This document shows positions 15,643-25,532 of a stretch of DNA of 64,000 nucleotides, one piece after another. The notes beneath the pieces are model-generated. The model was not told where the DNA came from. It saw only the letters and a list, made by a program, of their open reading frames with translations, and made no database searches. A program made the translations under genes and the position numbers. Location: the IMG/VR virus record IMGVR_UViG_3300008629_000003, positions 1 to 64,000 of that record. The stretch is one strand, 5' to 3'. Within the stretch, counting starts at the first letter, position 1. Every line of letters begins with the position of its first letter. Origin of the DNA: a virus.

Positions 15643-17514
15643 CTAGAAATCTGCGTCGTGGTGCGGTGCGGCCATCGCCGCGGTGAACGAGTGATGGCAC
15701 ACCTTAGACGTCGAGGTGTTGAAGGGGAAAACAAGGTGATATCCGCCCGGCTTGGCCTGACAGATTCCGATTTGCTCTTCAAGCTGAGCCATCGTGCCGG
15801 TGTAGGCGGCGACGAATTCAGTACCTACAGCAACGACCGGAGATTGCGACACGTCGAGGCGCGTTGTGACGATTTGGCCGCCAACGCTGATCACCTGCAA
15901 GTCTCCATCAGGCGAGACCACCGCCGCTAAGTTTTCCTTCCCGGTTGTCGATAGCGTAAAGACGGCCAAGTTTGGGTCAGACGTTGGGCTCGACGGCGCC
16001 GGTTCTAGCTCCGTCTGCCCCTTGGCCACACCTACAGTCCCGCCCGTCGAGGTGTCGAGGAAAATGGTGTAGATGCTGCCGTCTGGAAGCTGACAGAGCT
16101 TCGCGCCATGATACCGAATTCCAGATCCGCCCGCGGGCGTTGCTATGGCATAACCTGCGGTCGTGTTGTGGTTCCATGTGGCGCCGTAGTCGTCGCTGTA
16201 GATGTACCGCACCTCACACGGCACCGTGACCCCGCTCATCGCATGATACCCGCCGACCAACACTAGGCGACCCTTCTTGAGAAGGACGAAGTCGTGGACG
16301 GCATCAATTCGGGCGGTGCCAGCCGGATCCCACACGGTCGAAATGAACACCCAGCTCGCGCCGTTGTTCGTGCTCCCGTACAGTTTGATCGCTTGGCCGT
16401 CGGTGCTTGGCGACGTGCGGAAGGCCGCTAAATGTGTGTGGGTAGACGCATTGGCGGGCAGCCGCACAACAGCGCACGAAGGGTATGTAGTGTCCCCCGA
16501 GTCAATCGTCACCGGAGACCCCCACTGGCCCGTCGGGGGGATGGCGTCGTACACGGCCGCCCGTAGCTCCCCGTTTGTTTCGTCTCCGTAGACACACACG
16601 ACCTTTTTGGCAGTCGGGGCCACGTCCGCACAAAGAGAATTGATCGAGCCAGCCACGGTCATCTCTCGCGACGGCACCAAATTCATGAGCGGAGCGTTTA
16701 GAGCTCTCCGACGGAGCCGGCTTGCCTGGCGTAAGTCAATGACATCCACCTTTGGACTTGTCGCGTCGTTGCGGCGAACATCGGCCAACAGCATGTACCC
16801 GGTTGCGGGGTTGCGGGTCCGCGTCACGACGGTGATTTCTGCGTACGCTCGCGCGTGGATGTCGGGGTCGGCTGGCGGTGTGCTCAAGAAGTCACCCGCG
16901 GCGGTGAACTTCACGCCGCTTTCGGCCGCAGGTGGAACCGACGTTAACGTCAACGAGGTGTCGGAGGCGACGCTGGTTACCTCATAGGTGCCGGCGTTGC
17001 CCGCGCTTGTGTCGGCCGCATCGACCCGGATCTTGGTACCGCGATTAAATCCGTCGGTAGTCTTGCCCGCATAGCGGGTAAATTTGCTTTGTGCGCTTCC
17101 AACGACCACCGCCGAAACTCCGTCGAATGTCAGCGTCCCGGGTTCGTAATCCGTAACCACCCGCCGCATGACAACGGTTCGCCAGGTGTTGTCGTTCGCC
17201 AGCGCGATGTCCTGAAAAAGAACCTCGTTCGCGGTTAAAACAAAGGGGTTTCCGTGTTGATCGACGGCATACGCAACACCATCATCGGCCCCGCCCTTAA
17301 CCCCGATACTTCCGTCGTCGTTGTCGTCGTGCACCTTCCACGCATCGCCGCGCGCATTGCCGGAAATCCGGGTGTAAACGATGCCCGGGAAGCCTTCAAA
17401 AAGCTGCCGCACGATATACCGGACCTGTTCTTGTCGATCCTCTTGGAGCCACTGTAGTTCGTCGACGCCCAACTGAAGGTCGAGCAGGTATTTCAAGCCG
17501 GTGGATGTGATCAT
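15643..17514 (-). CDS. tail fibre/receptor-binding protein with Asp-box (BNR) beta-propeller
   Basis: YGSTNNGASW and YSDDYGATW Asp-boxes; last gene of the baseplate cluster. Confidence 0.7.
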   Translation of the reverse strand: MITSTGLKYLLDLQLGVDELQWLQEDRQEQVRYIVRQLFEGFPGIVYTRISGNARGDAWKVHDDNDDGSIGVKGGADDGVAYAVDQHGNPFVLTANEVLFQDIALANDNTWRTVVMRRVVTDYEPGTLTFDGVSAVVVGSAQSKFTRYAGKTTDGFNRGTKIRVDAADTSAGNAGTYEVTSVASDTSLTLTSVPPAAESGVKFTAAGDFLSTPPADPDIHARAYAEITVVTRTRNPATGYMLLADVRRNDATSPKVDVIDLRQASRLRRRALNAPLMNLVPSREMTVAGSINSLCADVAPTAKKVVCVYGDETNGELRAAVYDAIPPTGQWGSPVTIDSGDTTYPSCAVVRLPANASTHTHLAAFRTSPSTDGQAIKLYGSTNNGASWVFISTVWDPAGTARIDAVHDFVLLKKGRLVLVGGYHAMSGVTVPCEVRYIYSDDYGATWNHNTTAGYAIATPAGGSGIRYHGAKLCQLPDGSIYTIFLDTSTGGTVGVAKGQTELEPAPSSPTSDPNLAVFTLSTTGKENLAAVVSPDGDLQVISVGGQIVTTRLDVSQSPVVAVGTEFVAAYTGTMAQLEEQIGICQAKPGGYHLVFPFNTSTSKVCHHSFTAAMAAPHHDADF

Positions 17515-17521
17515 TGTTTCC

Positions 17522-19525
17522 CTACGATTTAGCTAGAACCTTGCGCAAAACATCGGTCGCGACCCAACTGTTGACGGTCAATTGGACATCGATCTGAGTA
17601 GCAGAGACAACCCCCACCACCGTCGTCTCTTCTAGCACAGTGTTGGCCGCGTTACGCACCTCTACCGTGTCACCGGTACCAAACCCCTTCGTCGTCGCTA
17701 CGGTCAAGCGCGTGGACGTTGGGATCGGGTTTGTATCGGGTCCAGTCATTGCTGACGCCAGCGCGATCTCGTACTGCATGTCCACAGTCGAGATCGGGAG
17801 CAAGTTTTTCGCCGCCCAATACGCGATCTGTTCAGGTGTCAAAAGGGGCGCGGTGTTCGGAAACTCCAGGCAAAGGTCCAGAAGTGTCTGAGCGCTGTCT
17901 AGGTACACCGGGCTGACTTGTGGCCAAGTCTTCTCAAGGTTCCATCCGGCCAATGTTGCGACCTGTTGGTACGCTGGCAACTCCGAACAGCAAATCCGTT
18001 GGAGCTCTATCTCTGCGCCTCGTTTGGTTCCGCGCATTTCGGCGACGGCATATTGGTGGCGCATCCATAGGTCTTTTTCGTCGTTGAGACTGCACCCGCC
18101 GTCGATGAAGTTGGCCTCTACCCACGCCTGTAAAAATAACGGTCGGCGGCTGTTGTCCGACATCCGGTACCCTGCCGACGCGTGGCTTACGTATAGGGTG
18201 GTCGTGGTGTCCTGTGCCGCACCAATCCGCACCAAATCGGTACCCAAAGCGCCGGTGAAAACGCTGTATAGAACGCGATCGACAATGTACCCGTCGACAA
18301 CGAGGTACACAACCGACCGCCCGAACACGAGGACTTCGACCGTGTGTTCTGCTCCAACATCGACCCTCCACCCTTGGCCCACCTCCCCAAAGGTCGCCGC
18401 CGAGTCCGCATTCTTTGATAGTCGCCATTCGTATTGGCTGCCGGCCACGACTTCACGCAGGTACGCGTAGACCCCGCGGTGGCCGTTGTGGAGCTCTAGC
18501 ATTGGCCCGACTCGCTTCTCGGCGTCGGCCGTGAAGCTTTCCACCAAAAAAGTCGCACGCGCAACATACTGGACACGATTTGGCTTTGGCGTCGCCGGCG
18601 TCGTCGCCTGCATGTAATGAGGCGACGCACCGCCCGAGGGTGACATCTTGATCCGTTGACGCGTGACCGCTATGGTACCGCCAACCTGTGTCCATGCCGG
18701 CACCTCAGCCGAGGGCAAGCGATCGCCTAGAGCGTGCAACGCAAACACGTCTACCGTTGCCGCGGTGATAGCCGAGGGCACCTCTTCAAAGTCACTTTGT
18801 ACGCTCTCGAATACTCCGAGGGTGGCACGCGCCCCCGCTTCCGCAATTTCGGTCCATTGATCTCGGAGAGCTTTTGGCACCGTATTTTTGAGGCGTTCAA
18901 TTTGCCACGGTCTCGGGATCGGGCGGTTTAGGCCCGCCTCAACATCAAAGAGGCGCACCTTGCCCGCGCTGGCCCGCAAAATCCCAAGGCCGTACACGGG
19001 CTTGGACACCGACGGCGCAACCCCGAGGCCGTAAGGGATCGCGGCTTTCCATTCGTCATCAACGAACAACACCCAGCGCCTTGCGCGATCTTTCCTCAAC
19101 TTGTACCGGTGGCGCTGGTTCCACGACCAGCCGGTGGCGACTTCTGAAATCACCGTCCCCGCGGTGGGGTCAATGAATTGCAGCGTCGCCCCTACGGACA
19201 CACCGATTTCTCTCATCCCGTCAGAAATCGCCAAGACAATAGCCGACGCACCCGTTGAATAGGTCGGCTGGCTTACCCCCTGGAGGCTTACCTGAATCTC
19301 TGCCGCGTCTTGAGTCCTGACTACTCCGTTGGAGTCCACCTCGTGCAGCTTGTGAACAAACGCCGCAAGTGTAGCGCCCGAGGACTCGACAACGACCTCC
19401 GTGTCGTCATTGGCCAACAACGGCGCAACGCCCCCCGTATATGTCCACGGGTCTGGGGACGCCGCGGCGTTTGGAAGGTACCCCTTGGTCGGGCTGTAGT
19501 ATACGGTTCGGCGGTTGCTCGGCAC
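17522..19525 (-). CDS. baseplate wedge/tail-associated protein
   Basis: follows baseplate J; RGTKRGAE motif typical of tail-protein-I-like wedge proteins. Confidence 0.55.
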   Translation of the reverse strand: MPSNRRTVYYSPTKGYLPNAAASPDPWTYTGGVAPLLANDDTEVVVESSGATLAAFVHKLHEVDSNGVVRTQDAAEIQVSLQGVSQPTYSTGASAIVLAISDGMREIGVSVGATLQFIDPTAGTVISEVATGWSWNQRHRYKLRKDRARRWVLFVDDEWKAAIPYGLGVAPSVSKPVYGLGILRASAGKVRLFDVEAGLNRPIPRPWQIERLKNTVPKALRDQWTEIAEAGARATLGVFESVQSDFEEVPSAITAATVDVFALHALGDRLPSAEVPAWTQVGGTIAVTRQRIKMSPSGGASPHYMQATTPATPKPNRVQYVARATFLVESFTADAEKRVGPMLELHNGHRGVYAYLREVVAGSQYEWRLSKNADSAATFGEVGQGWRVDVGAEHTVEVLVFGRSVVYLVVDGYIVDRVLYSVFTGALGTDLVRIGAAQDTTTTLYVSHASAGYRMSDNSRRPLFLQAWVEANFIDGGCSLNDEKDLWMRHQYAVAEMRGTKRGAEIELQRICCSELPAYQQVATLAGWNLEKTWPQVSPVYLDSAQTLLDLCLEFPNTAPLLTPEQIAYWAAKNLLPISTVDMQYEIALASAMTGPDTNPIPTSTRLTVATTKGFGTGDTVEVRNAANTVLEETTVVGVVSATQIDVQLTVNSWVATDVLRKVLAKS

Positions 19526-20908
19526 TTAGAAGCTCTGGGAGAGGGATGCGTTGACTGTCGTTGCCGTGGCGGTGTCCAGCAAAGACAACCGGACAAGGTG
19601 TGGGAGGCTATCGGCGGCCACGACGACGTTAGCCGCGGGAAGAAATGCCGCGGTGTCTACAGACGAAACCCCCGGCGTATCGACCAGCAAAGACAACAGC
19701 TTGGCCTCGTCAACGTCGGCACCAAAGTCCCATTTTCGGTAATCCAGATAATCGGCCAACCTACCCGACGCCGACTTCCAGACAGCCTCCAGGGTGGTGT
19801 CTGTGTCGATCGTGATTTGGGCCTCGACTTCCACCGCCGTCAAAGTGATGTTTTGGAGGCTGACAGTCATGTGAGACCGTGAGCGTTGGCCGATGTAGAG
19901 CTCCAGCGCATCTAAGGCCGCGGTGGTAAAGACGTTACCCGACCGATGGAGTACCTTGGCCTCCATTTGCCCAGAAACCGTCGACGCTACTTGCACAACG
20001 CGTAGCACGTCGATGTTCCCGAGCTTGGCTATTGACTCCAACCAACTACGCGTCTCTTGAGACAGACCGGAAGGGCCGTGCACCGCGCGGTACTTCAGAT
20101 CAAAGTCGGTTTCTGTATCGGCGCCGCCTGTTGCCCGCTCGGGGTTTGAAACCGACAACAGGCCAGCGACCGACGGCGCCAAGTCTTCCGCGCTTAGCGC
20201 GTCCACATTTCCCGACGCCCCCGCCACCACCGCCTCAGCCCAGACCTTGTCGGCTAGAGATAGGGACGAGCTTTCGCCATCCAGCACGGCGTTCGCGTCG
20301 CCCGTCGTAACACTTGCCAACGTCTCGAAATTTACCCCGGCCGATGTGCTCAGCGTGGAGCCTATCGGGATCGTTTTTCGCAGAAGTATGTCCACATCAT
20401 CCGTCGACGGCGCATAGGTTCCCGACAAGGTGGCCACCTCGATCTCATCCCCCCCACCTGGCCCGGTGCCAGAGGTCACCGCAATGATGGTCGCCGTCTC
20501 GGTAACCGTTCCCGCCCCGTTGCGAATTCTGATCGAATTCGTTGCCGTAAAGCCCGCGCTATCGTCTACCTCAATCTTGTCGGTGCCCGCGCTGGTTATC
20601 GCTTGTACGTTTGCGCTGGTTGGCGTAAAAATGACCAACATCTTGGCGCGCTGAGCTCCAAACCGCTCCGCGCCGCGCTCGGCGGCGACCTCTGTTGCAA
20701 CGTCATCGCTGGCAGACAACAGCGTAAACCGGCGCAGCAATGCAGTATATAAGAGGTGTGAGTTGTAGGCCAAACCCGCCGTCGCGCCTGCCCATGCCCG
20801 CGCGACCGAGTTGCGGCCAAACCAAGTCACTTGGTCGGTGTATCGCCGAAACCTCTTGATCCACTCTTCCGTGTATTGCTCGGGCTTTCTAAGCTCTGGG
20901 ATTGACAC
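19526..20908 (-). CDS. baseplate J-like protein
   Basis: NSVARA...IPIGSTLST...AVVAGASGNV...NPERATGGADTETD motifs. Confidence 0.9.
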   Translation of the reverse strand: MSIPELRKPEQYTEEWIKRFRRYTDQVTWFGRNSVARAWAGATAGLAYNSHLLYTALLRRFTLLSASDDVATEVAAERGAERFGAQRAKMLVIFTPTSANVQAITSAGTDKIEVDDSAGFTATNSIRIRNGAGTVTETATIIAVTSGTGPGGGDEIEVATLSGTYAPSTDDVDILLRKTIPIGSTLSTSAGVNFETLASVTTGDANAVLDGESSSLSLADKVWAEAVVAGASGNVDALSAEDLAPSVAGLLSVSNPERATGGADTETDFDLKYRAVHGPSGLSQETRSWLESIAKLGNIDVLRVVQVASTVSGQMEAKVLHRSGNVFTTAALDALELYIGQRSRSHMTVSLQNITLTAVEVEAQITIDTDTTLEAVWKSASGRLADYLDYRKWDFGADVDEAKLLSLLVDTPGVSSVDTAAFLPAANVVVAADSLPHLVRLSLLDTATATTVNASLSQSF

Positions 20909-22656
20909 TAGGCGCCCCCGCTGCGGATTGTCCCGCCGTTGATCGTAGATGCTGAAACGGACACGTCGAACGCCCCGTCAACAACCTGGACACCAATCTT
21001 TTGGATGTTCGTAAGACGCGGATCAGTAGACAACACGCCGGTCAGACGATCGGCAATATATGCCTCCCGCACTTCTGGCGGGATCTCGCTTATTCCATCC
21101 ATGACGTACTCCGAAAACTCGGCAATGATGACCTCCACGCCTTGCAGTATACAGTCGCCGCCGCTCACCACGTCGATGTCCCCCGACGCGGTTTGAGTCA
21201 TGTCTATACGCATGTCGACCCCCCACGCACTCTTCCCAACGTGCGAACCAAACGTCGGCAACCCTTCGACGGGTGAAGGACGTGGTCGCAGGCTCGGTAT
21301 TTTCAGCACACGGCCCGCGCGGAGCGCCTCTTGTGGCGTTAGGCGATTTCCCTCCAAGATCGTCGCCCATGCCACCCCAAAGATTCCCTCAATCGACTGC
21401 GCCGTGTCGGTGTCGAGCACGGTGTGATCGACTGAGCCAGTGTACGGCCCCACCCCCTGCCCACCGCTCGATAAATACGCCTGGAAATCGCGGTCGGACA
21501 TGCCAAAAAACATCCCGCCCACCGCTTGCTGAGCCGCCTCGGCTTCGATCTCCGCAAACATTGCCACCGTGTCGGCCACCTTGAGGGCCGCAAGCCCCCC
21601 CGCCTGTGAGCTCCAATCAACGCGCCCCCGGTCGATTGCTATTTCTTCGACATGGACCGCCGCGATCACTTCCCGGGCCGTGTTGGAGAGGCTCTCGGCC
21701 GTCGTCAGGAAATCCGCAGCGCTTGACGCGACCCCAATGTCGGCACCCTGCGCCCCGGCGCCTGTAGGTAGCGTTGCGGTTGCGCTGGCGGCGTCCGTGG
21801 TGTTGGATGTCGTTGGACCGCTGTTCGCTGTTTTGCCCACGGCTTGGTTAGTGCGTTTTGCAGCGCCACCGGCCATCACATTCGCCGCGCTGTTCTTCTG
21901 TGCTTGAAACGCCGCCACGCTGCCCTCGGCTTGGCTGGCCAAGATTCCTACCGGTTGACCAACTAGCGCGTCGGCCAAGGTTTCCAGGGTCAGCGACGAA
22001 ATCAGAGAGTTGGCGTTGCTCCAGGCGTTAAGCCCTGCCATCAAGCCCGATAATAGAGCTTGCATAAGGCCACCGGTAACGAGCGGTCCAACTTCGCGAG
22101 CTGTAATCGAGTACCACACGGCCCCAGACGCCGACGATCGGCGCGCGGATCGCTCGTACCGCACGTCGGCGATCAGCGCCTCAAATTTGTTGTTATTCCA
22201 AAAATCGTAGAAGTTAAGGAAAAACGTGGATTTTTCGGGGTCGAAGTCTGTAAGCTTCAAAGCCAACAACGGCGTGCCGGTCAGCCAATTGATGCACGCG
22301 TCCACATCTTCGCGGCTGATAGCTTCCGATAGTCTAACGATTTCGTCGTCAAACCGCTGGAAGCGCATACTCCCATCCCCAAAAAACAAGCCAAGGCCGC
22401 GCGGCGCTACTCCGAATGTTCCCTGAAACGAATACGCGACAAGAGCCCGGCCACCACGGGTCAGAAGGGTGCCACCCGTCGTCCGATCGACCGCTGAACG
22501 ACTCCCCCCAGATATCGCAATGGTATTCGGAACGACGACCAACGGGTGCACCGCCAAGCTTTTAACTACGACGTCCCCGTTGGATTGCGTTGTCCGCATT
22601 CCAAGCTCAAACAGAAAGAGGCTTAGCTGGCCCCCGGCGTTATTTGCGGCAGGCAT
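20908..22656 (-). CDS. baseplate protein with LysM and gp25-like C-terminus
   Basis: HTVLDTDTAQSI...ILEGNRL...GRVLKIP LysM; WGVD...GDIDVVSG...TDPR gp25-like. Confidence 0.7.
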   Translation of the reverse strand: MPAANNAGGQLSLFLFELGMRTTQSNGDVVVKSLAVHPLVVVPNTIAISGGSRSAVDRTTGGTLLTRGGRALVAYSFQGTFGVAPRGLGLFFGDGSMRFQRFDDEIVRLSEAISREDVDACINWLTGTPLLALKLTDFDPEKSTFFLNFYDFWNNNKFEALIADVRYERSARRSSASGAVWYSITAREVGPLVTGGLMQALLSGLMAGLNAWSNANSLISSLTLETLADALVGQPVGILASQAEGSVAAFQAQKNSAANVMAGGAAKRTNQAVGKTANSGPTTSNTTDAASATATLPTGAGAQGADIGVASSAADFLTTAESLSNTAREVIAAVHVEEIAIDRGRVDWSSQAGGLAALKVADTVAMFAEIEAEAAQQAVGGMFFGMSDRDFQAYLSSGGQGVGPYTGSVDHTVLDTDTAQSIEGIFGVAWATILEGNRLTPQEALRAGRVLKIPSLRPRPSPVEGLPTFGSHVGKSAWGVDMRIDMTQTASGDIDVVSGGDCILQGVEVIIAEFSEYVMDGISEIPPEVREAYIADRLTGVLSTDPRLTNIQKIGVQVVDGAFDVSVSASTINGGTIRSGGA

Positions 22657-22659
22657 GAG

Positions 22660-23031
22660 TCAGTCCAGAGGGCAAAAGAGATCGACGGAAAACGTGGGGA
22701 GCTCGGGCAAAGCTGGAAGCGGTGGCACCGGCAAGGCCACCGGAAACGACGGAAGTGGGATCGGAGGGATGGCGCAATTTCCCGCCCCGAGCGGACACGA
22801 CAAATCGATGGAAAAAAACGGGAGCTCTGGCAAGGCCGGCAACGGGGGAACGGACACCGCAAGCGGAAACGCGGGAAGCGGGATCGGGGGAATGGCACAA
22901 TTCCCCGCCCCGAGCGGACACGACAAATCGACGGAAAAGGACGGGAGCTCGGGCAAGGCCGGTAACGGGGGCAACGGTAACGACACCGGGAACGCGGGAA
23001 GCGGAATCGGAGGAATGGCACAACGAGTCAT
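22660..23031 (-). CDS. Pro-rich, Cys-flanked triple-repeat protein
   Basis: 3 x 41 aa CAIPPIPLP...CPL; many repeat differences are synonymous in this frame. Confidence 0.75.
   Translation of the reverse strand: MTRCAIPPIPLPAFPVSLPLPPLPALPELPSFSVDLSCPLGAGNCAIPPIPLPAFPLAVSVPPLPALPELPFFSIDLSCPLGAGNCAIPPIPLPSFPVALPVPPLPALPELPTFSVDLFCPLD
22666..23022. repeat. 123-bp tandem repeat x3 (coding)
   Basis: units begin at 23022, 22899 and 22776 on the minus strand. Confidence 0.9.
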
Positions 23032-23070
23032 CTACGCGTCCCTTGTTTCCCCCACTATCGCACATTTCGG

Positions 23071-24012
23071 TCAATGCCCCGCGATGACTTTGGAGAGGTA
23101 GATGTTGGCGGCGGTTGGGAGGGTTAGTTTTGTCGCCATTGCCGTCGCAAGAGGAGCGACCCCGGAGGGTGCCGTAGCAACGCCCACGGCCAGCTCTGAA
23201 AGAACCGCGGCAAGGTCAGAGAAAAACTGCCCCGACAAGATGTACGGATCGCCCGGTGCTGCGTTCCCGTTGCCAAGCTGCACCTCAGACCCGAACACCT
23301 GAGCTTTGGCTGCCATCGTTGTCGCCTTGCCATCCGACAATCGAAACATTTCCGCCCCCCCTTGGCGAATCATCGTGATGCCCGAGGCTTTGTCGGCCTG
23401 CATCGTAAACCAATCACCCCCCGAGGTATTGATCGCGACGTCCGTTTTGCCAACGACAAGTCTCGATCCCGAGCTTGTGGAAATCGAAAGCTCGTCCCGG
23501 TCAGCGTCCAGACTGACGTAGAACCGCGCGGCCGTGTCCATGTCGCGACCGATGGACAAACGAAACGTCCCACGGTCATCATAGGCAGCCTCCCACTCGA
23601 TCACGGCTTGCTGTTCACCGGCTGCATTCAACGGTCTCAGACGTCCTGCTAAGCGATTGGGTGATGATCCTGCGCTGTCGTTGCGCGGCTTCAAGAAATC
23701 CGTAGAGCTCAACGAGCGCACGCCCCCGCGTACGATTGGGAGCTTCGGATTCCCGTGGAGAAAATCGATCAAGACGTGATCGCCTTTGACGATTTCCTTG
23801 CCAATGTCGTCGTACACCGCGGGACGCGGGAGCTTTTGGATCCCCTCGTCGTTGAAGCCCCACGACCCCTGACAGATTTGTACCCACTCGATCGGCCACG
23901 TCTCCCCAGAAAAATCCGTCAACACAACCACGTCGCCGACCTGTACGAATCGGCCGGCGCGCGTCGCCGTACTTCGGCCGTGTGGTGCAGCGCTGATCGG
24001 GATTGAGCTCAT
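23071..24012 (-). CDS. baseplate central spike (gp5/gpV-like)
   Basis: KGDHVLIDFLHGNPKLPIVRG OB-fold motif followed by a beta-rich C-terminus; located after the hub. Confidence 0.7.
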   Translation of the reverse strand: MSSIPISAAPHGRSTATRAGRFVQVGDVVVLTDFSGETWPIEWVQICQGSWGFNDEGIQKLPRPAVYDDIGKEIVKGDHVLIDFLHGNPKLPIVRGGVRSLSSTDFLKPRNDSAGSSPNRLAGRLRPLNAAGEQQAVIEWEAAYDDRGTFRLSIGRDMDTAARFYVSLDADRDELSISTSSGSRLVVGKTDVAINTSGGDWFTMQADKASGITMIRQGGAEMFRLSDGKATTMAAKAQVFGSEVQLGNGNAAPGDPYILSGQFFSDLAAVLSELAVGVATAPSGVAPLATAMATKLTLPTAANIYLSKVIAGH

Positions 24013-25532
24013 GGGTCCACAAACGTGTAGTTTTGAGGGTTCAAGGTTGGCGCTGTCGCTTTGATCTCTGCTTTCAAGGTTTCTACCATGCTGTCGTTGT
24101 GGCCGCGCTCAAGGCGTAGGGTGGTGAGATAGTGTTGCCCGTAGCTCCAACGGTGCGTGACCCCGGTGCAGTAGAACCTAACGCCATCGGCGCGCTCCCC
24201 GCGGGAAGGGGTGGCCCATGGAAGCAAGACCGGATCCCCGACGCGGTAATGGTCGGCACCAACGACGGTCATCGAGCCGCTTTCGAAAAATGGATTTAAT
24301 CGGTACCAGTTAAAAAGCCGATTCCGAAACTCGCGAACCTCGCCGCCTACGTCGTCGGCCGATACTCCGTCAACTTTGGACGCAACATCCCCACCAATAA
24401 GGGTCAGACCGCTCTGGTACGAACGCATTCCGAACTTTCCCGCGGCCCAGAGGTCAAGCAACGGAAAAAAGATCCCCTCCTCCAACATGGCCTCATTTCC
24501 GACGAGCGCGTGCTGACTTGTGGTCAGGTAGTAGGACAACGCCTCAGAATCGCCATAGCCTAGATCGTCGCTCACAACATGGCGCTCCTCGATCACGTGG
24601 TTTTTGTCTGGGTGCGTGACAAATGTGGTCAAGCCATCCCATCCCGCAGACTGTTCAACTACCGGGGCAAAGTCGAGCGCGGGTTCATCAAAAGGCTTGG
24701 GCCTGAGAATTAGGTGAATCTCAGGAATTGGATCATCATCTCTAGGCTTCGTGTCGATCCGTACTTCGTAAAAATCGGAATCGACGATCGAATTGAGAAA
24801 CCCCCATATGGTACCCTGGAAGTTTCGCGGCGTTTCCGAATAGATGCGCTGGTCACCCCACCCACCAACGACGTTCACGGTCGAAATGATCTCTCGCACC
24901 TCGCCGGTTTGACCCGCAAATGGCCCCTTTAGCAACGGAAAGCGCATCGATGGGCAAGCATCCAAGATCCAGTCAGCCACATCTTTCAGCGTCGCGCCCG
25001 AGAACAGGTTGGAGGCTTGCTCGCCGACGCCTGTTGCCGGCCCCCATGTGCCGGGAAGGTTCATCAAGAGAGGATGACCCGGCCCGAACGCTTCCTCCAC
25101 GTCCGAGCGAAACACCCGCTCCCCGTTGACGGTCAAAAACGCTTTGACGATGTGATCATTCACCAGGATTTTACCCATATCCATGCCGCTTAGCTTGATC
25201 GTTTTTCTGATTCGTTGACCGATACGGGACCGAGACCGAGACACGCGCGAAACAAATCCAAAGGTGATCCCTCCAGGTACATCGAAACCAATAGAGATCG
25301 GCGTGTTGGGGCCTATGGCTTGATAGATCGACTCGTACCGATTGAGGTTAGCGGCTTGCTTGTGATCGGGCGTGTCGCGCGGCAGCAACACAACCGACCA
25401 AGAGCCGGCCCCGCCCTGGATCCCCTTATCCGCTGTGAACGACACACATTCAGCACTTAAATCGTACACATCGGAACGATCGTCCGTCACCCAAACGAAA
25501 ACCCGCGGCGTCGCGTTTCGAACCGTGGTCAC
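24009..25532 (-). CDS. baseplate hub (gp27-like) protein
   Basis: follows tape measure; AGSWSVVL, SGMDMGKIL, SGSMTVVG..YRVG, FYCTGVTHRW...TTLRLERG. Confidence 0.75.
   Translation of the reverse strand: MTTVRNATPRVFVWVTDDRSDVYDLSAECVSFTADKGIQGGAGSWSVVLLPRDTPDHKQAANLNRYESIYQAIGPNTPISIGFDVPGGITFGFVSRVSRSRSRIGQRIRKTIKLSGMDMGKILVNDHIVKAFLTVNGERVFRSDVEEAFGPGHPLLMNLPGTWGPATGVGEQASNLFSGATLKDVADWILDACPSMRFPLLKGPFAGQTGEVREIISTVNVVGGWGDQRIYSETPRNFQGTIWGFLNSIVDSDFYEVRIDTKPRDDDPIPEIHLILRPKPFDEPALDFAPVVEQSAGWDGLTTFVTHPDKNHVIEERHVVSDDLGYGDSEALSYYLTTSQHALVGNEAMLEEGIFFPLLDLWAAGKFGMRSYQSGLTLIGGDVASKVDGVSADDVGGEVREFRNRLFNWYRLNPFFESGSMTVVGADHYRVGDPVLLPWATPSRGERADGVRFYCTGVTHRWSYGQHYLTTLRLERGHNDSMVETLKAEIKATAPTLNPQNYTFVDP

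Noticed and set aside
22469-23101. Plus-strand Gly/Ser-rich repeat ORF
   Set aside because: It is the antisense shadow of the Pro-rich repeat gene inside a continuous minus-strand operon
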